Positions 1-31,138 of a DNA stretch of 64,000 nucleotides are shown here, in pieces. Location of the stretch: the NCBI GenBank assembly GCA_963693365.1, contig CAVNZM010000002.1:7718454-7782453 (forward strand). The letters run 5' to 3'. This DNA is from Amoebidium appalachense. Its lineage: Eukaryota; Protista; Ichthyosporea. Position 1 is the stretch's first letter. Each line of letters opens with the position of its first letter. The notes below the pieces were generated by a model. That model saw only the letters and a list, made by a program, of their open reading frames with translations. It did no database searches and was not told where the DNA came from. A program made the position numbers and the translations under genes.

Positions 1-13
1 CGGTGGGGAGAGG

Positions 14-62
<49 letters not shown>

Positions 63-156
63 GGGGGGGAGTGATCGGGGGGGGTAGGGGGGGAGGGGGG
101 GGGGGGCGGGGGGGGGGAAACGCAGAGGGGGGTAGGGGGCGTTAAAGAAAGCATAC

Positions 157-4110
<3,954 letters not shown>

Positions 4111-4653
4111 CTTGAACGGGAACAAGTGTGCAACGACGTGTGGTGGTGGTTACCAGTGGATTAGAATATCCGCTCGTGAGAAGCGAAAAGAAAAAAAAAA
4201 TAGGTAAGGTTTGTTGAAGGTGCTGTTTTCAATGTTGCGAGGGTGGTGTGGTGCACCGGCCGGCAAGTTGTGCCGGGCCTGAGGGCGTGAGAGGTGAACA
4301 AAAGGTTCTGGCCCGGAACAGCCGTGGAGATATAGTAGCGTGACAATCGACCAATTAGACGATGAAAGGGTTTAAGTTTTAAAAGACATTCATAATTTCT
4401 GCATGGGATGATTCTGCAGATGTATTAGTGCACCGTCTACAAAAGAATAGCAAGTTTATTGAAAATAACATATTTTTCTACATTATAGCCTTAGAGTAAT
4501 TATAGATAAAGCATTGGGAGATCTATATGTAATTATGAACGGCTTTTGGGCCTTGGAACTCTTGCCAAGTCCCAAAATGAACTAATCAACATCTTTCTGG
4601 CAATGAAAGGCTTTACCGTTTTTGGGGCAACAAGCCCAGCGGCCATAAATGGT

Positions 4654-4767
4654 AAAAGCGCCCAAAATTAGGCGCGAGCTCATTTTATTGGCTAATGTTG
4701 TGAGCCCTATGTGCTGATTGGATAAGCCACACTTTCTGGCGCCAAATTCTGGCGCCGTGCCGGCGCC
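4654..4767. promoter_or_regulatory. Putative E2F sites plus CCAAT boxes upstream of the CDCA7-like gene
   Basis: TTTCTGGCGCCAAA at 4733-4746, further TGGCGCC/GGCGCC copies to 4767, GCGCCCAAA and TAGGCGCG at 4657-4676, and ATTGG at 4687 and about 4717. Confidence 0.5.
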
Positions 4768-5146
4768 TTCGAAAAAAATCTCGGCCTGGGCCTGCCGACT
4801 CTTCTGGCCCGCGGCCTTCCCTCACTTTGCCTTTTCCCGGATTTTTTTTTTCCTTTCTTTTTTTTTTTTCTCCCTTCCTCTTGAGATTCTATTTCATACA
4901 ATTAAATATATTTGCCTTTCTTTGGCACTGTACAACATGCACCTGCTTTATGGCTCCGATGTACAAATATTGTGGAGATCAAAACTTCACTCGGATTTCA
5001 GTTAACACTCGCTCGTCTCCCACCTCCCCACCTTTCTCTTGTCCCCTCGATTCCTCCACTATCCCTTTCAATTCTTTTTCTCCTTCGTGCCGCCCCTTCC
5101 TTCCTCTCTCGCTCCATTTTTCTCTTTATCTCTCTCTCTCTCTCTC

Positions 5147-5202
<56 letters not shown>

Positions 5203-5357
5203 TCTCTCTACTGAGGCTCTCACAGTCTTAGTCTGTCTCTCTCTCTCTCTCTTTCTCACTCTCTCTCTCTCTCTCTCTCCCCCCCCCCCCCCCTCTCTCT
5301 CTCTCTCGCTCTCTCTCTCTCTTTCTCACGCACACACACACACACACACTCTCTCTC

Positions 5358-5388
<31 letters not shown>

Positions 5389-5688
5389 TTTCTCTCCCTC
5401 TCCCTAAATTTCTCTATCGCGCCGCCCCCCCACCCCCCCCTCCCTCTCCCACTCTCGCTCCCTCTATGTGTTTCGGCCCCGGTCCTCCGTCCTGCCGAGG
5501 CTCTCTCTCGCCCTCTCTCCCTCTCACTCTCTTCTTTCTCTCTCTCCTCTCCCCCTTTCCTCTCTCTTCGAAGCTTCCTCTCTCACACACACACTCTCTC
5601 CCTTTCCATCTCTCCCCCTCACACACACACACATTCTCTCTCTCTCTCTCTCTCTCCCTCTCTCTCTCTGTGTGTGTGTGTGTCACTG

Positions 5689-5728
<40 letters not shown>

Positions 5729-5800
5729 GCTGGCTTGCTCGCTCTCTCTCTCAGGAGGCCCCCCTTCCTCCCTCTCTCCCTCCCTTCAACTCTTTCTCTC

Positions 5801-5841
<41 letters not shown>

Positions 5842-6353
5842 CCCGCTCTCGGCCCTTTCTCTCCTCTCTTACTCACACACTGTCTCTCTCCCTATATTAA
5901 GCCATTTCACACACACACACATTCGCGCGCGCGCGCGTTGACACACACACACGGACACTGTGCAAACAGGGGTTGTACGTCGGGATATCAAACTGCATAC
6001 CAACTCATAAATCATGGAAGCCCAGAAATTATTGATTTTAATGTAATCTGGAGACTCAGTCGGTTACCATTTGCAGAAAATAAGGTATACGTGATACTTC
6101 ACGGGGAAGCTAAAACTAAATAGTGAAAACCATTGTCACATGATATAGTATTCTGGCCATTTATAATCATTGATTAATTATAAGGGGATCATAATTCCTA
6201 GGCGAAAATGAACGGATCCGTATTCACAATTAAAATTAATGGCAGCATTATATTGGCTGCTATAACAACTATCACATTCGCGTATGGCAACTGAGACGGG
6301 CCGAAGAAGACATCTCTGAGGCAAGCTCTGTGTGCGTGTGTGTGTGTGTGCGT

Positions 6354-6410
<57 letters not shown>

Positions 6411-6780
6411 TGCGCGCGTGCACACACACGCATGCGCGTCGGTGTGTTCCACGCATGCGTGCCCATGCGTGTGCGTATATATGTGTATGTGGCAAACGCA
6501 TACCTGTGTTCTTGTAGGCGACCACCCACTTTTGACGGAGTGTGTGGAATGCTCCCACAACTACATACGGAAGAACAATCGATTTCAGCAGTAAAACAAA
6601 GCATAACTAACTAGCCTCTTAACCGGTCGACCATACATTATAAAATGTAAAAAAATGTAAATAAATATAAATCATAAATATATTTATATCTATATTCTAC
6701 TCTCCCTCTCTCTCCCCCCCCCCCCCCTCTCTCTCTCTATACATATATCATATATATATATATATCCACTGGTCCACCTG

Positions 6781-24095
<17,315 letters not shown>

Positions 24096-25157
24096 CCGGC
24101 ATGCAGGACAACACCTGGCGTGTCTCTTTGAACCTTCGCTCAGAAAAAAGGTGATAGAGCTTAACAAAGAAAAGAAATATTTAAACGGGAACAGGGCAGT
24201 CGATGAGAACGGGACCCCAGGATCTAATCTAAACAGGAAAGGCTACCCACATCTTTCGTGTCCAAATCTGCTACTACCGCCTGGTGGAGGCTAAAAGACA
24301 AACTTCTAACAGATGATATAACAGGGAAAAGTGTGTGTGTGTGCTGTTCTTTATTAAATACATCACAATAGAACATTGACACCTAGACGACAAAAACACC
24401 CCTACAGGTTCTTCACAGAGAAGCCGGTCATCCAGGGGAATATCGATCAAGTTCCCAAGGCGGTTAGTAAAATCATGCGTCCAAGCGTATGAAGTCATCA
24501 ACTACATTCCAGGAGTACAATATTGTCTGCCCCTACTGTGTTGTTCCAGCGTTAATTAATATGTCCAAACACTAGAAGAACATGAACTAGATTCAGGTGA
24601 TAGAAAGAACTAGTTTGTTGTAGTCAACAAGTTGTTTTGTGGCTTTCTGCTCGCCGCTCGGCTCCATGATCAACGTGAATCTCACATCTCGAAATTTCAC
24701 GCCCTGGACATTTCTGCCAATCAGAATCCAGCAACGTTATAAGGGATCTCAACGTTATTCCCAATCTCCTTCAGTGACAGGTTTCCTGTCAGGGAGATTG
24801 GGTTTATTGGGGATAGGGGTTTGGGGGAAGGGGAGAGCGGGTCTCACGTGAGATGCCAAGAGTGAATGTACAGCCAATCGGGTGCCAGTATCCATAGCAA
24901 TCGGAGAACGCGGCGACCCAGTTTGAGTCTGATTGGCTGGAACATGTTTCAGCGAATCAAAGCGCTCGCTTCTTATGTTTCAGCGAATCAAAGCGCTCGC
25001 TTCTTACCGGAACATTCTGCAACATGTGCGTGTAATGTTCTGCAACATGTGCGTGTCATTCGAGCTCTCACGCATATGTCAGCTGGAACATTCCATGCGT
25101 CGTACTGAACAGATGCATGTGTGCACTCACGCGGCTATCGGCAGACATCTTTGGATT

Positions 25158-25208
<51 letters not shown>

Positions 25209-25226
25209 GAGAGAGGGGGGGGGGGG

Positions 25227-25284
<58 letters not shown>

Positions 25285-25446
25285 AGAGAGAGAGAGAGCA
25301 CTGAAATATAAGAAAAGAGAGAAAGAGCAAAGAGAGAGAGAGAGAGCACTGAAATATAAGAAAAATAGAGGGAAATTTTCACAAACAGATTGCAGCAGGC
25401 ATATGCGCAGTGATGACAGACGTCGACAGCTGTGCACGGCAACATC

Positions 25447-25783
25447 GAGGTTTTATTTGTGGAAATATTTGACATAAATATTTTTCTGGGTAAATACGTA
25501 GGATGGGTGTCCGATATCTACAGGCTTCGTTTCATGTTTTAGCAGTTCGCGTTCGGCTGCCCGCATACGGGCACCTATTAGCCGATCAAAACATCAGATT
25601 CCACAGATCACTAGACCGAGTTTGATTGGCTCAGGATAAGATTTCACATAACACTAGATCGGTTTTGATTGGCTCAGTTCGGTAGCCGTAGGTATATAAG
25701 CACGACAGTTTTTAGCAGATCAGCAAGCAACAACACATCTTCTGTGTTTAGCACCTACAGCTTTACAGCTATATTTTCTTTTT
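25447..25783 (+). repeat. Ngaro repeat A1 (contains two CCAAT boxes and a TATA box)
   Basis: Matches 30317-30661 except for a 2-nt difference and a 6-nt indel. Contains GATTGGCTCAG twice and TATATAAG at about 25693. Confidence 0.95.
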
Positions 25784-25819
25784 CATTCACTCTCCCTATC
25801 TTTCCGTCCGCCGGTCAGC

Positions 25820-26991
25820 ATGCCGCCGAAAAAGCGCCAGGCCTCAGCCACCGCCCCTGCCGCGGCACCCAAGCGCCTGACCCGCAGCGACCTCCGCCAC
25901 AGGCTGACCAACGCTCCCGCGGACACTGACGCGCCTCCAGCGGCCCATACCACCACGGACCCGGACCCGCCGGCTAGTCTCCCCTCCCCTCCTGAAATCC
26001 CCCCTCAGGCCCCGCCGTCCCCGCAGATGACTTCTCAAGACGCCGTCCTTGCCGCCCTCACCGCCATCAGCACCCAGATGGCTGGCGTCCTGGCTGCTCT
26101 CACCAACCGCGACCCTCCCGCGCCCCCCGCCGCGCCCTCCGCACCCGGGGAGGTTTCCCCGGGGCTGCATCTCGGCCCTGACCTAGACCTACCTGCCCTG
26201 CCCGCGCCCCCCATCACAGGTGAGAACACTGGCGACATTCAGCCGGGCACACTCCCACTTCCCCCCGCGGATGTGCTGGCAGATTTGCGCGCCAATCGTT
26301 TCGTCGACCTGTATAAGTTCACCCCCGCCGCCCTCCTGGCCCCATCCAAGAAAGGTCAGCATCTGCGCATGGCCGACGACGGCAGCATCGAGACTTTTCG
26401 CCAAGACAAACCCGTTCCCCTGCGTTCACTCGTCATTTGGATCCAAGCTTGGACCCATTACATGGCCGCCAAGCACCACCTCGGCCTCCCCACGGACAAA
26501 GACGTACTTTGGACTCAGCACATCACTCGCCTCAGCACCCGATACCCGTGGGCCCAGATCCACAATTATGACGTATACGCCCGAACCGTTGCCCACCAGC
26601 AGGGTCGGGCCCCGATCGAGTGTCCCAACCTGCTCGCCCAACTCCACCAGGATCTCCTCCTGCCACCCACTCTGCTCATCCCGGACGCATGTCAGCGCTG
26701 TGGCTTCCCCGACCACCCCAGCGCGGCCTGCCCCATGTACCCCAAGCCCGGCTGTGGTCTTGACGGCTTTAAACCGCCCCACAAGCCCGGCGGGGGTCAA
26801 ACCCCTAACCGCCCTGGCCCGCAACCCGGCCCGGCCAAACCGGCCCGACCCGTGGATCTACCCGCGACGCACTTGGCAGGAATTTCCACATTAACGGTCG
26901 GTCCTGCGCTAAGCAGCCCTGCCCCTTCTCCCACGTGTGCCCGCTCTGCTCTGGCACACACCCCCGCAAAGACTGCAAGCTCAATGCCTAG
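25820..26991 (+). CDS. Ngaro gag-like ORF1 (frameshift near 26870)
   Basis: CQRCGFPDHPSAAC knuckle. A shifted frame gives the Ngaro-typical Cys/His C-terminus RNFHINGRSCAKQPCPFSHVCPLCSGTHPRKDC, ending at TAG 26991. Confidence 0.8.
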
Positions 26992-27293
26992 TCTACGCGC
27001 ACACCCACACAGTGTCACACAGCTAGAACATAGGGGTTAGGAGCTAGGACACACGAGTACAGGGAAACGGAGCTCGGGAGAACGGGCCAATAGGGCTGAG
27101 TACAAAATTTTCGCAGGCCAACTACGGCGCCCGCGCGCGTCAAGAATAAATGTCCCTACACAAAGACGTTTATTCTGGCCACTGCACATAATTTTACTCC
27201 CCCCCATCCCACGAGCCTCCCCCCCCCCCCTTACACTCACCTAGCACTCCCTCCCCCCCCTTCTTCTACCTCTGTGTCCGCCCACACCCCCGC

Positions 27294-27389
27294 GTGCTCG
27301 GGCACATTCCCCTGCACAGGGCCCCGCTGCCCTCCCTGCCAACCCTCACTCGGGCCCAGCTGCCCTACTCTAACCCCCCCGGGGCCCTG

Positions 27390-27425
<36 letters not shown>

Positions 27426-29106
27426 CTGCCGGGATCTCCCCGAGGGTGCCCCACCCTTGCTAACCACCCCTTCCCCCGAGGCTCAGACCCGGAGGCCCGC
27501 CCGCTGCCCCAGCACCACATTGACACCTCCCGCCTCCGGGAACTGCTGGCCTCCTACCCAGACCAATCATTCGCCGCACAACTCCTCCACGATGTCGAAT
27601 TCGGTGTCGACATCGGCTATCGCGGCCCCTCCACCTCTCGGGTGGGCCCCAACCTACCCACCACCCCGGAGGCAGCTTCCGCTATCACGGCGGATATTGC
27701 CAAAGAGGTCGCCCTCGGCCATCTGCGCGGCCCCCTCTCCCCGGCCCAATTCTTTGACGAATTTCCGGTCCACCGTTCCTCCCCCATCGGCGCTGTTACC
27801 AAGAAAGGGAACCCCCCCCAAGTACCGTCGAATCCACCACCTCTCCTGGCCCCGGGGTAGCAGTGTCAATGACAGCATCACCTACCCCGACGAACTTCAG
27901 TACATTCGCGCCCGGGACGTCACCCAGCTCATTCTCGACGCAGGCCCCGGCTGCTACATGGCCGTGGCAGATGTGCAGGCTGCCTTCCGGCACATGCCCA
28001 TCCGACCAGAAGACCATCACTTAATGGCATTCAAATGGCTGGGGCATTTTTACGTTGAAACCAGACTGCCCTTCGGCCTGAAATCTAGCCCAGCCATCTG
28101 GGAACGGATCGCGGCCACCCTACAGTGGCTGGCACACCAGCACGGTATTACCCTCATCCGCCACTACGTGGACGACTGGATTATAGTCGCCCCCACACAA
28201 GAGCAGTGCCAACGTCACCTCTCCACCTTCCTGCAACTCTGCCGAGAGCTGCACATTGCCATCTCCGAAGACAAGATGCAGGGCCCGGCTACCCGTGTCG
28301 TCTTCATCGGTATCGAATTCGACTCCATCGCCATGGAGGCACGAATCCCGGCTTCCAAGCTCTCGGACCTACTCGACCTCACTGCCCACCCAAAGCCCAC
28401 CATCACCATTCGGGACCTCCAGTCCCTCCTCGGCAAACTCACCTGGTGTGCCCAGCTGGTTCCCCCCGGGAGGGCCTTCTCCCAGCGCCTATGGGCCCTT
28501 CTCCGGACCCACCCACACCTTGCCGGCCACCACCACATACGACTGACTGCTGCCGCCCGGGCCGACATAGCCGAATGGCACCAGTTCCTCACATCATGGA
28601 ATGGGGTGCACCTCATCACACCCCCCACATACACTACCCTGGCCACCGATGCTGCCGGATCGGTGGGTCTAGGAGGCCACTGGCTCGACCAATGGTTCTT
28701 CATGCCCTGGTCCCCCTCCACCCAAGCCCTCTATGCTCATGAGGGTAAACTCGGTTCTTCCGTCATCGAACTCCTGGCCATCGCAGCCGCCGTGGCCCTC
28801 TGGGCCCCCTCCTGGTCCACCCACCATGTCCGTATTTTATGCGACAACACGGGTGCTGTGTCTGACCTGCACTCCCGGTCTTCCCCCCACCCCGTGATGG
28901 CCAAACTTATTCGGTTCATCACCCGCATGGAAATGCAATACCAATTTACGTTACAGGCATCCTACCTACCAGGACCCCTCAACCATCTGGCCGATGCCAT
29001 TTCTCGTAACCAACTTCCCCGGGCCCGACGACTCCGACCATCCCTGCAACCGGAGCCCTGCCCCTTCCCCTCCTGGGTCCATGAGTTCCTATCCCTTCCC
29101 TTGGGC

Positions 29107-29109
<3 letters not shown>
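27294..29109 (+). CDS. Ngaro reverse transcriptase / RNase H (frameshift at homopolymer near 27810)
   Basis: SSPIGAVTKKG joined to KYRRIHHLSWPRGSSVND; DVQAAFRH, LPFGLKSSP, YVDD; RNase H motifs TDAA, IELLA, CDN, ADAISR. Confidence 0.93.
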
Positions 29110-29138
<29 letters not shown>

Positions 29139-29169
29139 AGATCTCCCGTTCCGGAGCAACGCTGGCAGA

Positions 29170-30201
29170 TTGGCCCCCCACTTTGCTCCGGCCGAGCTGC
29201 TTCGAGCCACCACTACCCTGCAGGAATGCCAGGCCCTGAGTCTCAACCTCGACTCTCGGGCCTTTTACTCCCGGGTGCAAAAAGTGTTCATCGATTTCTG
29301 TGTGGCATCTCGGCTGCAATCCCCCTCCGGGTCCTCCCTCCCGGCCTCCCCACACACCGTGCAACTTTTTCTCGCCTGGTGTGCCCAACGAGGGGTACAG
29401 GCCTCTTCCTTAACCGGCTACAATTCGGCCATCACCAGGCTCCACCTCGACATGGGCCTCCCTGCTCCCTACCCCCACGACAAGTCTCTGGCCTGGTTCC
29501 TACGGGGGGTGGGCAGATGGCAGCTTTCTCACAACATCCGACCCCGCTCATCCACCAGGGAACCCCTCCTGCCCTCCCACCTCAGCCTACTTCACGGCCA
29601 GTGCCCCACCAAGGCCTCCTCGGCCAATCTCCGGCTATGGACGGCCCTCATCGTCGGTTTCTGTGGTCTCCTCCGGTCAGGGGAATTTACCTCCAAGACC
29701 CTGACTTCTTTCGACCCGTCCCGTCACGTTAAACGGAAAGACGTGACCTTCACCTACACCCCCACCGGTACTTTGTCCCATGCCACCCTCCACCTGCCAA
29801 CCTCTAAGACGGATGTACAGGCCCGAGGTGTCAACGTCACTCTAGCTGCCCTGCCCCTCACCCACTTCTCCCCAGCCCATCTCCTCCGGCAGTTCCTGGA
29901 TACAACGTCCGGTCAACCCGACGACCCCCTCTTCAGTCTCGGTGGCATCCCCTACACCAAGAGTGCTTTCTCTGCCGACTTCCGTGCCCTCCTCTCCCGG
30001 GCAGGCCTCTCACCCTCCCGGTTTGCCGGACACAGCCTCCGCATCGGGGGGGCCACAGCACTGGCTGAGGCCGGGGTCGACGACTCCCGGATCAAACAAC
30101 TCGGCAGGTGGTCCTCCGACTGTTTCCTGATCTATACCCGACTTCGTCCGGCCTCCATTGCTGCCACTACCACACGTGTATTCGCCTCTATTCTTAAGTG
30201 A
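29170..30201 (+). CDS. Ngaro tyrosine recombinase
   Basis: Catalytic set intact: LLRSGE (R), SKTD (K), GHSLRIGGAT (HxxR), LGRWSS (W), IYTR (Y). The true start is uncertain. Confidence 0.95.
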   Translation: MAPHFAPAELLRATTTLQECQALSLNLDSRAFYSRVQKVFIDFCVASRLQSPSGSSLPASPHTVQLFLAWCAQRGVQASSLTGYNSAITRLHLDMGLPAPYPHDKSLAWFLRGVGRWQLSHNIRPRSSTREPLLPSHLSLLHGQCPTKASSANLRLWTALIVGFCGLLRSGEFTSKTLTSFDPSRHVKRKDVTFTYTPTGTLSHATLHLPTSKTDVQARGVNVTLAALPLTHFSPAHLLRQFLDTTSGQPDDPLFSLGGIPYTKSAFSADFRALLSRAGLSPSRFAGHSLRIGGATALAEAGVDDSRIKQLGRWSSDCFLIYTRLRPASIAATTTRVFASILK

Positions 30202-30229
30202 AACCTTTGGAGCAAGCATACTGCTCTCG

Positions 30230-30881
30230 TGCCGTGGTTTACAACCATTGCAGGTTCACTTTCGTCCAAGGGGATGTCCCCCTAGAGGCAACACACGTCC
30301 CGGAGTAGTTTTCATAGAGGTTTTATTTGTGGAAATTATTGACATAAATATTTTTCTGGGTAAATACGTAGGATGGGTGTCCGATATCTACAGGCTTCGT
30401 TTCATGTTTTAGCAGTTCGCGTTCGGCTGCCCGCATACGGGCACCTATTAGCCGATCAAAACATCACTGACAGATTCCACAGATCACTAGACCGAGTTTG
30501 ATTGGCTCAGGATAAGATTTCACATAACACTAGATCGGTTTTGATTGGCTCAGTTCGGTAGCCGTAGGTATATAAGCACGACAGTTTTTAGCAGATCAGC
30601 AAGCAACAACACATCTTCTGTGTTTAGCACCTACAGCTTTACAGCTATATTTTCTTTTTCACCCACCCACCTACACCCTACACTCAACCCCCATTGATCC
30701 CCACATACGTGCTGTTTTTTCACGGGGCGAAGACTTCCCCCGTTTTTTGGGCACAAGGACCTCACGGATCAATAAATTGATGACTGGGGGCCTGCCGTGG
30801 TTTACAACCATTGCAGGTTCACTTTCGTCCAAGGGGATGTCCCCCTAGAGGCAACACACGTCCCGGAGTAGTTTTCATAGA
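30230..30881 (+). repeat. Ngaro 3' repeats B1-A2-(spacer)-B2
   Basis: B1 30230-30318 appears identical to B2 30793-30881. A2 30317-30661 overlaps B1 by GA. AATAAA at about 30771 lies in the spacer. Confidence 0.95.
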
Positions 30882-30928
30882 TTCGTTTTTTTTGGGGAGA
30901 TAAGCGTCCATTGGGCCAATTAATCTGG

Positions 30929-31138
30929 GCGTGGTATTGGGTGCAGCAGTACGGTGTGACAGACAGGTGTGCGTGGTATTTGATGTACTTGCATCTTAAA
31001 CGACAGTAATGGGCATGGTATTGGGTAACTGACGAGAGAGGGAGCCCGCACGCGTCACCAGGTGTTATAAGAACGTTAACACGTGCGCGTGCGTTTGCAT
31101 TACGGCCATCATATGGGGCGTGGTATCGGGTATTTATA
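30929..31138 (+). promoter_or_regulatory. Putative RepHel promoter: four GCRTGGTAT motifs and a TATA-like box
   Basis: GCGTGGTAT at 30929, 30971 and 31118, GCATGGTAT at 31013, TATTTATA at 31131; ATG at 31235. Confidence 0.45.

Larger units (their letters stand above)
25447..30881 (+). mobile_element. Ngaro-type (DIRS order) tyrosine-recombinase retrotransposon, full length
   Basis: Split direct repeats A1 25447-25783, B1 30230-30318, A2 30317-30661 and B2 30793-30881 enclose gag, RT/RNase H and YR ORFs. No target-site duplication. Confidence 0.95.

Noticed and set aside
25447-30661. A1/A2 as LTRs of an LTR retrotransposon
   Set aside because: No TG..CA ends, integrase or TSD. The YR gene and B repeats define an Ngaro element.
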